A stretch of 32,178 nt of DNA from Octopus bimaculoides (lineage: Eukaryota): contig NC_068984.1 in assembly GCF_001194135.2 (NCBI RefSeq), positions 2,477,987 through 2,510,164 on the forward strand. The letters are read 5' to 3'. Positions 1 through 12,223 of this stretch are shown piece after piece. Each line of letters opens with the position of its first letter. Position 1 is the first letter of the stretch. Below the pieces are notes generated by a model that had not been told where the DNA came from, did no database searches, and saw only the letters and a program-made list of their open reading frames with translations. Both the position numbers and the translations under genes were made by a program.

Positions 1-31
<31 letters not shown>

Positions 32-53
32 GCACACACACACACACACACAC
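1..53. repeat. (CA)n microsatellite
   Basis: Seen directly in the sequence. Confidence 0.98.
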
Positions 54-58
54 AAAGT

Positions 59-186
59 CCTTTCTGTCGAAGAGGGTAGGCTCAAAATGTAGAAGACGTT
101 TCCATTCTTCCCGAGCATTAGAGTAATACACCTATTTGTTGCTCCTGCACCTGTCTTCATCTTTGTTTTCTGTAAAATTGAACTAT
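59..186 (+). mobile_element. Short interspersed repeat with a decayed hammerhead-like motif (copy 1; possibly a Penelope-like element terminus)
   Basis: Aligns by eye along its length with 13527-13654. The 5' part reads CCTTT-CTGTCGA-A-GAGG-GTAG-GCTC-AAAA-TGTA-GAAG. The PLE origin is inference. Confidence 0.6.
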
Positions 187-354
187 ACATGCATACATAC
201 ATACATACATACATACATACATACATACATACATACATACATACATACATACACATAACACATACATATATATACAACGAGACATTCATACATATATTAC
301 TTATACGTTTATACTGAAAAACCTTAGTGTAAGCATACATACACACAAAGGTAT

Positions 355-393
<39 letters not shown>

Positions 394-700
394 CATGCCT
401 ATATAAACATACCATCATACATGCATATATACATACCTCAGACATACACACCTCAAACATACACGCATATATGCATACAAACATACACACATGCACACAT
501 ATAATACATACACACGCATACATACACACACATACATACACACATACATACGCACATACAAACATATATACATATATACGTGCATGCATACATACATACA
601 CACATACGTACATACACACATACGTACATACGTACATACATACATACATACATACACACATACACACATACATACATACATACATACATACACACACACA
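187..700. repeat. Compound (TACA)n/(TA)n/(CA)n microsatellite and degenerate derivatives
   Basis: Seen directly. Explains the H/T/Y/I- and V/C/M/Y-rich ORFs at 415-819. Confidence 0.95.
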
Positions 701-1496
701 TGCATAATGGTGGCCGGTATGGTCAGCCCGATACTTGGATGTGCTTAATTACTGCTCCGAATATTGGAAAAGTTGAGCTACAAAACACGGTACGATTACA
801 TAGAAATATTTCTACCTAAGTGTTTTCAACATTACATATATTGCGGCATACATCCATCTTAACATATTTATATAAAGACAGCGCTGTAATGAGACACATA
901 TAAAGAAATAAACCACGTAACGTTTCAAAACAATTCACGAAAAAAAAAATGACCATAAATAAAACGCCGCTCAAAATGTAAGTTTAAACACGATTGTAGA
1001 ATTAAAAACAACCTGAACGGAAAGATTACCGAAACTGTGAACAACTTTAAATTTAATTCTGACAAAACTTTCTCGAAACTTTGGAAGAAGATCATTGTCT
1101 TGTTTGAAAAAAAGATACAAATATCAGGGAATAGAGAAAATCATTATGGCTAAACGTATGTCTCCCACCAAATCGTGACTACGTTCATTGCATACAATGG
1201 CGCTGCGATTTTAGCAAAGATTTATACGAAGCATATATATAGTCTGACCCTCAAAAGTTTGCTTTTATGAAAAGGTTAAAAATTTTGTGGAACCCCCACC
1301 CAAGATTAGACCCCACCCAAAAAAACCCCATTTAAATGAACAAGTAAGACAGATCATCAGATGTAAATTGATATATCTAACGGCAATGTCTGATTCCATC
1401 CAAGCTGGAAATATGAAGTCAGCCGTTGAAAATAATCTTCCTACTTCCACTGATGGACAGACAGAACGGCCAGCTAAATCTTGCAGGAAACATGCG

Positions 1497-1752
1497 GAGG
1501 TGCACGGCATAATGGTTAGGGTATTCAGCTCAAGAATTTGAGGTCATGAGTTCGATTCGCGGCTGGGCGCTGTGTCTTTCAACAAAATATTTTTTTTCAC
1601 GTTGCTCCAGTCCACTGAGCTGTCAAAAGTGAGTCGTACCTGTAATTCAAAGGGTGAGGCGTGTCACATTCTGTGTCACGCTGAATCTCTCCGAGAACTA
1701 CGTGATGGTATGCGTGGAGTGCTCAGTCACTTGTACGTTAATCTTTTTATGA
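1497..1752 (+). mobile_element. tRNA-derived SINE, family A (near full length)
   Basis: A-box-like GGCATAATGGTTAGG and B-box GAGTTCGATTC. The body GGAGTGCTCAGTCACTTG...CTGGAACACTCGTC...GACGGAATGCCAG is shared with 13781, 23456 and 23875. Confidence 0.85.
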
Positions 1753-1789
1753 GCAGGCTGTTCCGTTAATCGGATCAGCTGGAACACTC

Positions 1790-4200
1790 GTCTTAATCGA
1801 CGGAATGCCAGTTTCTTTTTTAGCAGCAAACAACACGCCAACAATTTAACTGAACTTCATACCTATACTGTACAAACAGAACACCAAAAACTTTTGGAAG
1901 CCTTACAAGTGATCTGCGATAATAAGTTTCAACAGGGCTACAACCTTAATTTGAATGACAGGCATACTGTAAAGAACCTAATAAAGCAGAATAAGAGGCA
2001 GTAAACGAAATGGCAAACAAATATCTGAAGACCACACAGTCCAGAGGCATGAAAACAACCTACGAAAACCATTAACCTCTTGATACATGTCTCAGCTATT
2101 ATATTACTAGCATACCGCAAAGAGCTGAAACCATGCAATCGAGGCAAAAAGCAGAAAGCTCGAAACAGCATGGGCACGTAATTTAAAAAATAAAATCATA
2201 TTCTTGTGAACATTATCTCACAGATCGTTGTAGTTATGAAATGTAACACAGAGAATAACGACACCAAGAAGACTTCAGAAAACAGAGAGCAGATCTGGTG
2301 GATTCTAAAACCTAAACTCCAAACTGCACCAGCTGAAGCAAAAAAATCACAGCTGCATCTGAAGAATTAAAATATAAATCGGCAGCGCATGAACGGCAAA
2401 TGCTCAATAGATTATTTGCCAGAGGTCTAAGTTTACTGCAGCTTCAATACGAACAGCTCAATCTCTGTAAAAGACAGTCCCACAAAAGATCAGGTCGAGG
2501 TCCACTAGAGATCTGTTTGAGAAACAAATGATCAATTCAATAGACACACTGTATGGCTAAAAGAACTGGAGCAGGACTACTGCTAGCATGTCCAGCAAAA
2601 ACGATACGAAATAGATGCTGAAATGCTGGAAACAGTTTTATAGAAAATGTCAAACAGGTAATCCTCTGGCCCAGACACCACGACAGGTTACTGGCTGAGG
2701 AATTTCACCTTTTATTGGAGAGATCTCACACGGTTGTATGGAGAAAGTATGAAGGACCCACATGCTTATCCTTAGGCGTGATAAGAAGTAAATTGAGTCT
2801 GATAGCATTCACTACCGAAAAAAGGTATCTTTCAGGTTGATAGTCTGTCAGTGATGCTCTTCGTCCTCTCACTAAACTCATACTTGCCCACAAGACATAG
2901 TGGCCATTGAAATGGATCCAGAAATATCTCTCATCTCTTCTTTGTCGACAACCTGAAGCTGTATTGACCAAATATCAACCACATATAAAAAAGACAATTG
3001 GACTTCATTATCCACTTTTCTACAGACATTGGTTAAAATTTAGTAAATTTAAATTTTCATTTTTAGCGATAAAACGCGGAAAACTTGAGTCCTCCTCTGA
3101 AAACCTTCAAACGAACGGCTTGACGATACAGCCTCTACAGTCAGGTGACAGTTATAGGTATCTCGGACAGGATGAGAATGTCGGTTATGATGGACCCATA
3201 AATAAGGGGAATACTTGGAATGAATAGCCCTGGAGAGTATGGACGATATGGTCATCAGAGCTCATATTGCCCGTAACATCTTTGTAGTGCTTGTGCTTAC
3301 GTTCGGTCTTCTGAACTGGTCACGATAAGAACTCAATGAAGCAGATGTTCGAATTCGCAAGACGCTCAGTGTTACAGGAACCATCAACATCAATGGAGAT
3401 GTAGACAGATTATGCTTCCCATGTAAGGATGATGGCCGTGGTCTCAAATCTGTTTTGATGCCATACGAAGCCCGTATTGTGACAACATCTGCTGCAGAAG
3501 AAAAAGACCAGTAACTATCTTGTTCAAATTTGTGACCATAAAATAAACAAAATAATTAGGATGGTTAATGAACTTGATACAGTTCTCTTCCCAAGGAGTA
3601 TTGGTGAATATCTATCTATCAGAAGAACAAAACAAAAATTGGGCCAGATCACTGGGAAGATAGAACCTGGGCACTTGATATGAAAAATACAAAACATAGA
3701 AGGAACTGACCATGTCAAAAACTTGAAACCGATGGGTCAAAAGAATATTGGTGGAGCTTAAAAATTAAAACAACCACCAAGTTAAAAGAGAGATGTTGTG
3801 TAGCACCACAAGAAAAAAATATTTTGTTGCAGAAATCAGTTGCCCTCTGGAAACCAATGTTAGAAAAATACAAGAGAAAAAGGACATCGATGGAGAATTG
3901 ATAAGGGGTTTTGAAATCCAGTACCCAAGGTACTCTTCCAACTTGATGCCTATTATTATCGGAGTAACAGGATACATGCCAACATGTCTGGAGCAAAGTG
4001 TGGCTGAGCTTGGGTCTTGGGGAGAGAACGCCAATTCTTCATACATTACAAATGATTGCGATACCTGAGACTATAAAAGTCTGCAGGATCTTCTTAAGAT
4101 ATAAAAGGTGAAGAACAAAACAGGATGCTTTCCTTTACAAACTTGCAACCAAGTAAGTGGCTGGCGAAAAGGAATTTTAAATTAAAGAAGAAGCAGAAGA
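1790..4200 (+). mobile_element. Decayed, internally deleted RLE-type non-LTR retrotransposon (R4/Dong-like), copy A
   Basis: Manual translation across stops and frameshifts gives SGPDTTTGYWLR (~2662-2698), GIFQVDSLSVMLFVLSLN (RT QGD motif, ~2823-2877), ISHLFFVDNLKLY (YxDD-type motif, ~2926-2965), YRYLG (~3152), DRLCFPCKDDGRGL (~3403-3445) and RLE region FVAEISCPLE..EKK..PIIIGVTG (~3823-3972). Ends in a short AAG-rich tail. The 5' limit is approximate. Confidence 0.85.
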
Positions 4201-4204
4201 AATG

Positions 4205-4246
4205 CATCCATCCAACCAGCCATCCATCCATCCAACCATCCATCCA
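4205..4246. repeat. (ATCC)n degenerate microsatellite
   Basis: Seen directly. Confidence 0.85.
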
Positions 4247-4450
4247 TACATACAAGGGATATTTGAGATTTTGTGTTAAGCCGAGGTGTTTTATCCACAG
4301 TAAGTGGATAAAACCAAATCTTCTGACGCAGATTACGTACAGTGAACAATCCCAGCTGATTCACTTCCTATTCCAGACATTTCGGTGCACTGAAGTGCAG
4401 AGAATTAAGTAAGTATATACAGGAATCTGCCATAAGTCTATACTTTAATT

Positions 4451-4452
<2 letters not shown>

Positions 4453-4493
<41 letters not shown>

Positions 4494-4577
4494 NNNNNNN
4501 NNNNNNNNNNNNNNNNNNNNNNNNNNNNNNNNNNNNNNNNNNNNNNNNNNNNNNNNNNNNNNNNNNNNNNNNNNNNN

Positions 4578-4606
<29 letters not shown>
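4453..4606. repeat. (CA)n and (TA)n flanking an N-gap
   Basis: Seen directly; gap at 4494-4577. Confidence 0.95.
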
Positions 4607-4608
<2 letters not shown>

Positions 4609-4984
4609 GACAGCACATGTCATGACCAAAGTAAATGCGGGTTCGAGTCCAATGGGTGGCCTTCTACTTTTCTCTATCCAAGGGACGTTTTACACATGAT
4701 ATTCTGCATCTATATACGGGCGCTCATACATGTATGTTTTGGCGATGCAGATTCTGTTATTCAATCAACTGAATTTCTTCCTTTTGTATTAAAGGGTAAA
4801 TGGTTGTATATTCCACAGATACACGTACTTTTAAGGTAATTCTAAGAACCGGTGTGCACCGTGTGTGAAGAGGCTCTACCTTGAATTACAGGTACAAATC
4901 CATCTAACTTCGTCTATTTTCTTCCGAGTTGGGTGTATCGCAATTGCCAATAGATGGATTCGAAACCACTATCTATATGCTAAA

Positions 4985-5255
4985 GCAACATCCTGAGAGT
5001 TAAGGCAAGCAATGGGCTTATAGTTTTTCCCAACTTATATCTACAAACCTTACCCGTGCCATGGGTTGCCAGTTTGACGTGTTAGTTTGGCTCCCAGTTC
5101 TTTGATATGCAATTCAAAGGTTTTTCTATAGAAGGTCAACATCTTGCACCAGTATCCTGTTGTTTGGTCCCTTCTTGGTGCCTTCTCACTGTACAACTTT
5201 CTCATTGCCTTGATCACAATTTCAGAGTCGAGAGTTGCACTAGATGTACCGTAAA
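4985..5255 (-). mobile_element. RLE-type LINE fragment (start of the RT domain), copy E
   Basis: Minus strand translates IKAMRKLYSEKAPRRDQTTGYWCKMLTFY and then KNYKPIACLN, matching the KAPG.D...GYW and NYRPI.CL motifs of R4-like RTs. Parallels SGPDTTTGYWLRNFTFY in copy A. Confidence 0.7.
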
Positions 5256-5373
5256 CATGATTAAAAACATAAAAAATAATATTAGCTTTATGCTAGATAT
5301 TTTTGAAAATATTTTGGGCAACAAACCAGTTACATTAACTTTATATGTTGATTGAATACATGTACTATCTTAC

Positions 5374-5825
5374 CTCACAGTTACCTTCATCAGACCATGA
5401 CTTTCGACCATTACTCACTGGTCCAATTTGAGTGGTTTTTGGCCCACTGAAGAAACCTATGGCTTCTTCCTGGCTTTACAGCCTCTCAGACCGTACTCTA
5501 CAAGATTATTTCTAACAGTTCTGGTTGATATTTGTGAAGTACTTGCCTCGTTGAAGTCTGCACAGAGCTCCGACGATGTTTTTCTTCTGTTTCTGAGTGA
5601 TTGACGGATGATGGATTTGTCATCACGAGGTGATGTAACCTTTTTTTCTACCTGTTCTTTGTATAGTCTTCACATCTTCTGTCTCTCTGAAGCGCTTGAC
5701 TGTCGTTTGCACCACACATCGAGAACATTTCATCTTCTGGCAATTTGCCTTTGAGACATTCTATCTTCATGATGAGCTACGATTTGACCTCACTCACACT
5801 CATTCAACTTCCTTGTTTTAGGCAT
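5374..5825 (-). pseudogene. Tc1-family transposase, N-terminal half up to the first catalytic Asp
   Basis: MPKTRKLNECE*GQIVAHHEDRMSQRQIARR..VKRFRE..GRKKVTSPRDD..RTVRNNLVEYGLRGCKARKKP*..WAKNHSNWT..WSKVM.SDE: paired-like HTH, GRP-type hook, ARKKP and SDE motifs, with stops and frameshifts. Confidence 0.88.
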
Positions 5826-5948
5826 TTTACTGTTTATTAACTATATCTACAACGTATATTAGCATAACATTCTGAAATAATCAAGGAAACGTAAGTTAAT
5901 TTTGGACTTTGGTCTTACTCATAACTGGTTGCATATATCCAGTACAGT

Positions 5949-6113
5949 ATAAAAGTGGTAACTGCTGCTAAAGGAGGGTCAAACAGATATTAAAACTAAT
6001 GTATATTGTAAAATATACCATAATCTACCATGTGCACGAGTTTCATTAACATTGAAATAGCAGAACCCCAAAATATTGGGATGGCCTAATACTTTTGACA
6101 AAGGCTGAATGTA
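5949..6113 (+). mobile_element. Tc1 3' end: transposase C-terminus, 3' UTR and right-TIR-like sequence
   Basis: IKVVTAAKGGSNRY* (stop 5991-5993) matches the Tc1 terminal VIxAKGGxTKY motif. GGCCTAATACTTTTGACAAAGGCTG..TA resembles a Tc1 right TIR. Confidence 0.65.
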
Positions 6114-6349
6114 TATACATAACAACATCGAAACCTTTCCGTGTTTTCGTCGATAAGGATTCAGTTGTTCAACCAACTAAATTACCTGCCCCTGAATTAA
6201 CATGGCTACCCTCAGTGTGATAGTGTGTAACATTGTTGTACCTCTGTATTACAGATAAGATCAATCTCACGGGCTTCTGTACTGTTTTTGTATATCCATT
6301 CCCTGTCACAAGAGGAAGGTGTACCCGAGGGTAGGGAGAATGATATTTA

Positions 6350-6430
6350 TATAAGGTGTCACGCAATGAAATTGAACCCAGGTTCTACTGGTGGCGAACA
6401 AAATTTAATCATAATATCTGGCTGCTCTGC
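6350..6430 (-). mobile_element. Degenerate SINE head (family B-like)
   Basis: Reverse complement contains GGGTTCAATTTCATTGCGTGACACCTT, similar to GAGTTCAGTCCCATTGCGTAGCACCTT at ~12277-12301. Confidence 0.45.
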
Positions 6431-6503
6431 GCATACATACATGGTTATATATACTTACCTGTTCCCACATACACAAGCACACGCACACACACACATACAT
6501 ACA

Positions 6504-6646
6504 AAGGTCGACTTTGCCTTTCATCCTTTCGGGGTCGATTAAATAAGTACCAGTTACGCACTGGGGTCGATATAATCGACTTAATCCGTTTGTCTGTCCT
6601 TGTTTGTCCCCTCTGTGTGTAGCCCCTTGTGGGTAGTAAAGAAATA
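6504..6646 (+). mobile_element. SINE family C, 3' portion
   Basis: GTCGACTTTGCCTTTCATCCTTTCGGGGTCGAT..AAGTACCAG..CACTGGGGTCGAT..AATCGACTTAA is the reverse complement of the body of the copies at 22943 and 28650. Confidence 0.8.
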
Positions 6647-7086
6647 ACACACACACACACACANNNNNNNNNNNNNNNNNNNNNNNNNNNNNNNNNNNNN
6701 NNNNNNNNNNNNNNNNNNNNNNNNNNNNNNNNNNNNNNNNNNNNNNNNNNNNNNNNNNNNNNNNNNNNNNNNNNNNNNNNNNNNNNNNNNNNNNNNNNNN
6801 NNNNNNNNNNNNNNNNNNNNNNNNNNNNNNNNNNNNNNNNNNNNNNNNNNNNNNNNNNNNNNNNNNNNNNNNNNNNNNNNNNNNNNNNNNNNNNNNNNNN
6901 NNNNNNNNNNNNNNNNNNNNNNNNNNNNNNNNNNNNNNNNNNNNNNNNNNNNNNNNNNNNNNNNNNNNNNNNNNNNNNNNNNNNNNNNNNNNNNNNNNNN
7001 NNNNNNNNNNNNNNNNNNNNNNNNNNNNNNNNNNNNNNNNNNNNNNNNNNNNNNNNNNNNNNNNNNNNNNNNNNNNNNNNNNNNNN

Positions 7087-7121
<35 letters not shown>

Positions 7122-7445
7122 GTATATGTAGGTATATGTATAAGTGTGTGGGAGGGCGTGTTTATGAAGATATAAAGTATTTAAGAACAGCTCGCCCCAC
7201 CTGTAACTTACTTCGAATCTCGTAGGTGCAAAACCCACTTCGCCTTTGCTTTGTTCCCTCACATTAATATTTCTCCAAATAATCCAAGCGAGCGTGCGTG
7301 CGTATGTATGTATGCATGTATGTATGTATGTATGTGCATTTGTATAGGTAAGTATATATAACCATATGTGTGTTTGTGTGTGTAGACGTGTGTATGAAGT
7401 ATTTGCAGAAATGTAGATATGTAAATGCATGCAAAGTGAGAAAAG

Positions 7446-7485
<40 letters not shown>

Positions 7486-7638
7486 ACACACACGCATACA
7501 CACACACACACACACACACGCATACACACACACACACACACACACACTGAGTATTTCATTGTACAATGTTTTCATTTGTTTAGTATATAACGTTTCATAT
7601 AGTTTCAATTTATATCCACATACATACATGTACACACA

Positions 7639-7670
<32 letters not shown>

Positions 7671-7760
7671 CTCACTTGTATATGTACATGTGTGTGCGTA
7701 TTTATATGCATTTCTTTATATAAGCGTGTGTTTATGTATTTTTGTGTACGTACTTCACTA
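7087..7760. repeat. Compound (TA)/(TATG)/(CA) microsatellite region with short unique spacers
   Basis: Seen directly. Confidence 0.85.
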
Positions 7761-8489
7761 TATTTATTATCTTCATGAAAAATCAGCAGAAAATTCCTTT
7801 CTTTTACTTCTACAACTTTAATACTGAGCTTCGTATAATCCTTTCCACTGCAAGCTAAAAATAAGCAAATAAATAAATAAATAATATTCTTATTATATCG
7901 AATGCATAAACGCTTACTTTAGTGGAAGAGCTTCTGCAAATTCTTCCACAAAAATATAATGTAAGTTATTTACAGAGACACCGAAAATTATGCAACTTTA
8001 AATATCAAAAAACCGCAGAAGAAATTACAGTAAACTACCTGAACCTCTCTTTCTGTGTCGAAGCAGAATGGCTACTTATTTTCGTTTCGATTACAAGTGC
8101 CTTGGCAAAACATTGGTACAGCGAAATAAACCATCTTGTGATGTTGATAGATGTAGAAGCAAAGTCTTTTAAAACCGATACACATAATCCCTCCTCCGAC
8201 GTCTGAAAATAGAAATTACATATCCTTAATACGAATGGTTTGGATGTTCAAAGCAATTAGAAGAATTAAACAATCTGCCATTGAAATACTAGCGCATTTT
8301 TAAACGGTTTCGGCAGATGCAAACTATATTCAGCAGAAAAATGTAATATAACCGTAAAAATACCCTACTGAATAATTAGTTGTCGAAGGCAGTTAATTGA
8401 GGCAGAACGGAGTACAAACTGGCTACGATCTGTATACATCGATTTTCAATGAAGAAATACATTTTCAAGATAACATTTACACTTATTCT

Positions 8490-8496
8490 ACTACTG

Positions 8497-8560
<64 letters not shown>

Positions 8561-8561
8561 A
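8490..8561. repeat. (CTA)n microsatellite
   Basis: Seen directly. Confidence 0.97.
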
Positions 8562-8872
8562 TTGAAATCTATATATGTATATAAATATATTTATGTATGT
8601 AGTGTGTATATGTATACTGCTTATTTGTTCACCCAAGACCCCGCCAAAACTACGGGGGACTTAAGGAAAAATTCTTCCCTGAGGAAAGGCACCAGTCGTC
8701 TCCAAAGAAAAAATATACATATGCAGTGCGCTCTTCAGATGCTATGCGCAACGCAGCAGCTGAGCAAGAGTCGTTTTTGTGCACGGCACAAAAGACTGTG
8801 CAGCAGCTAACCTAGCTACACCAAGCGCAAACAAGGAACCTTGCTCCCCACTGCGCAAAACCACCACACGGG

Positions 8873-10039
8873 ATGACCTCCCCTAACGCCTGCACAGTCA
8901 TCACGCCAATATTTTTACTAAATATTGGGGGCTTGTTGCATCACAAGAACAAATGCAAAATTTTTTCCTGAGAGACCTTGCTGCATGCAATCAAGCCCTA
9001 TGCATAGCACTCGTGGAAACTCATCTGAACCCTGATATAGAGGCTGCAGCAGTACACGTACTAAAATATGCCATACTACGAACAGACAGAAAGGAAAGGA
9101 GCCATGGTGGAGTTGCTGCATACATCCGTGAAGACCTCACACCCCAGGTCTTCTTGTCATATTTAAATTCAGTATGTGACACTCTAATTGTATACATAAG
9201 ACAACACAATATAGTCATGTGCAATACATATCGCCCACCGGATGCTCCAAACCCCATAGGCAAGTTTGAAGATTGTCTCACAAGAATTAAAGAAATCCTC
9301 ATGAAACTGGAACACAACATGAGCGTATTTCTTATGGGTGATTTCAACTTCCCCAATGTCAAATGGCCCGAAGGCCTCATGCTCTCAGGAATGATTCATT
9401 GCAAACAAGTACAGGTGGAATCTCTGCTCATCCTCATCAATGCCCTATTCATGGAGCAGGTTGTGCTCAGACCAACTAGGGCGAATAGCATTTTGGATCT
9501 CTGCTTCACAAACAATACAGACATCGTTCACGATGTGTATGGACCAAAAGTAGCCAGAGACATACAGCCTAAAGGAAGCACCCGAAATCTCTCCAATCTG
9601 AACTTCCACAAAGCAGACTGGAAATCAATCCATAAAGAGATCCTCGGACAGGACTGGCCGAAATATCTCTCCACACAAGACATTGGCATGAAACTAGAAT
9701 ATTTCATGTCTGCTGTGCAAGACATATGTCAGAAATATGCCCCAGAGCACAAGGCCAACACAAAAAGAAACAAGATTCCAAAGGAGAGGAAGCTCCTCAT
9801 GAGACGACGGACGAAAGTTGCAAATCGACTCAACCAGCATTCCAAAAGTAGCGAAAGGTCCCACCTAAAAATGACACTGATGGAGATTGAAAAAAGCCTG
9901 CAACAATCCTATGTGAGGGAGAGAGCAGACAAAGAAGCCTGGGTTATAAAAGGCAAGGCCTTCTTTCATTATGCCAAAGAAACAGCCTCAGTACGCTGCA
10001 AAATAGAATCCCACTTCGAGAAGGATGGCTCCCTCACAA

Positions 10040-10041
<2 letters not shown>
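8873..10041 (+). pseudogene. LINE ORF2 5' half: APE-type endonuclease plus linker (CR1/L2-group); RT not visible
   Basis: LLNIGGL (frame from ATG 8873), a 1-nt frameshift at T6 (8961-8966), then IALVETHL, RTDR..RSHGGVA.Y, YRPP, LMGDFNFP, PTRANSILDLCFTN and NFHKADW. The terminal SDH motif is absent. Interrupted by (TA)n and an N-gap; the tracked 568 aa length is inflated by Ns. 8630-8872 may be an ORF1 tail (unsupported). Confidence 0.9.
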
Positions 10042-10073
<32 letters not shown>

Positions 10074-10959
10074 NNNNNNNNNNNNNNNNNNNNNNNNNNN
10101 NNNNNNNNNNNNNNNNNNNNNNNNNNNNNNNNNNNNNNNNNNNNNNNNNNNNNNNNNNNNNNNNNNNNNNNNNNNNNNNNNNNNNNNNNNNNNNNNNNNN
10201 NNNNNNNNNNNNNNNNNNNNNNNNNNNNNNNNNNNNNNNNNNNNNNNNNNNNNNNNNNNNNNNNNNNNNNNNNNNNNNNNNNNNNNNNNNNNNNNNNNNN
10301 NNNNNNNNNNNNNNNNNNNNNNNNNNNNNNNNNNNNNNNNNNNNNNNNNNNNNNNNNNNNNNNNNNNNNNNNNNNNNNNNNNNNNNNNNNNNNNNNNNNN
10401 NNNNNNNNNNNNNNNNNNNNNNNNNNNNNNNNNNNNNNNNNNNNNNNNNNNNNNNNNNNNNNNNNNNNNNNNNNNNNNNNNNNNNNNNNNNNNNNNNNNN
10501 CACACGCACACACACATTATCCCCTCTTTGTCTTCATCCTGTTCTATGATACGCTCCAATCTCCTTAATCCCCGTCACATTTTAATTTTATCATTTAGCA
10601 AATTTATACAATTTATTAATTCACCACTTAATTACCATTTTCCCTTTTACATTTATTAATGTTTTCATATTCTTCATAAGTCTTACGCGTGAATAGTTGT
10701 TCATTAATCGTACCCTATCCAAACACTCTGTCCCTTAATTTACATCTCATTTAGATTCTCACTTCTTTCATATATATTTTGTATATTGTTCCCAAAACAT
10801 TTAGATGTTCTTCCGTATATATTTCTATATGTTGCCATGTAAATCTGGATGTTTTTCCATATACATCCGTATGTTCTTCCATAAACACATATTATTTTAT
10901 ACGCATTCAAATCAGATCTTCCTTTTCCTAATTATATTTTTAGAAATACATTAATTCAT

Positions 10960-11236
10960 ATCCTTAAATACACATACACATTTGCATGTGTATACACATA
11001 CACTAATACACATATGCGCATTTATCAATATATGTGCATAGATGCGCATACATATATACATTGATATACACAGATGCACATGCATACATAAGTAGATATA
11101 GATATAAATAGGTACATTCACATTTAAATATACATTTCTCCTTAATACAGATGCATAAGAATTCATACGTAAATGAATATATTTTTGATATGTAAATATG
11201 AACTTTCCACTTTATACACTCCTATATATTGTTGTT

Positions 11237-11288
<52 letters not shown>
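10960..11288. repeat. Degenerate TA/CA low-complexity sequence and (CA)n before an N-gap
   Basis: Seen directly. Confidence 0.8.
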
Positions 11289-12139
11289 NNNNNNNNNNNN
11301 NNNNNNNNNNNNNNNNNNNNNNNNNNNNNNNNNNNNNNNNNNNNNNNNNNNNNNNNNNNNNNNNNNNNNNNNNNNNNNNNNNNNNNNNNNNNNNNNNNNN
11401 NNNNNNNNNNNNNNNNNNNNNNNNNNNNNNNNNNNNNNNNNNNNNNNNNNNNNNNNNNNNNNNNNNNNNNNNNNNNNNNNNNNNNNNNNNNNNNNNNNNN
11501 NNNNNNNNNNNNNNNNNNNNNNNNNNNNNNNNNNNNNNNNNNNNNNNNNNNNNNNNNNNNNNNNNNNNNNNNNNNNNNNNNNNNNNNNNNNNNNNNNNNN
11601 NNNNNNNNNNNNNNNNNNNNNNNNNNNNNNNNNNNNNNNNNNNNNNNNNNNNNNNNNNNNNNNNNNNNNNNNNNNNNNNNNNNNNNNNNNNNNNNNNNNN
11701 NNNNNNNNNNNNNNNNNNNNNNNNNNNNNNNNNNNNNNNNNNNNNNNNNNNNNNNNNNNNNNNNNNNNNNNNNNNNNNNNNNNNNNNNNNNNNNNNNNNN
11801 NNNNNNNNNNNNNNNNNNNNNNNNNNNNNNNNNNNNNNNNNNNNNNNNNNNNNNNNNNNNNNNNNNNNNNNNNNNNNNNNNNNNNNNNNNNNNNNNNNNN
11901 NNNNNNNNNNNNNNNNNNNNNNNNNNNNNNNNNNNNNNNNNNNNNNNNNNNNNNNNNNNNNNNNNNNNNNNNNNNNNNNNNNNNNNNNNNNNNNNNNNNN
12001 NNNNNNNNNNNNNNNNNNNNNNNNNNNNNNNNNNNNNNNNNNNNNNNNNNNNNNNNNNNNNNNNNNNNNNNNGGTCGGGAAGTGAAAAATAGGAAATAGA
12101 AAAAGGCTAAATGGCAAGCAATCTATCATGGCGAATGCC

Positions 12140-12185
<46 letters not shown>

Positions 12186-12223
12186 GCGCACACACATATG
12201 GAGGGAGAGAGAGAGAGAAAGAG

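Noticed and set aside
415-819. ORFs rich in H/T/Y/I or V/C/M/Y (also at 7259-7723, 12107-12460 and 25229-25916)
   Set aside because: They are translations of (CA), (TA) and (TACA) microsatellites, open on both strands.
4288-4314. Perfect 11-bp hairpin GTTTTATCCAC-AGTAA-GTGGATAAAAC
   Set aside because: It is isolated, with no Helitron-type CTRR end or other context. The DnaA-box-like core is irrelevant in a eukaryote.
5380-5400. CTGATGAAGG on the minus strand
   Set aside because: It is the Tc1 SDE coding sequence; there is no stem II or GAAA.
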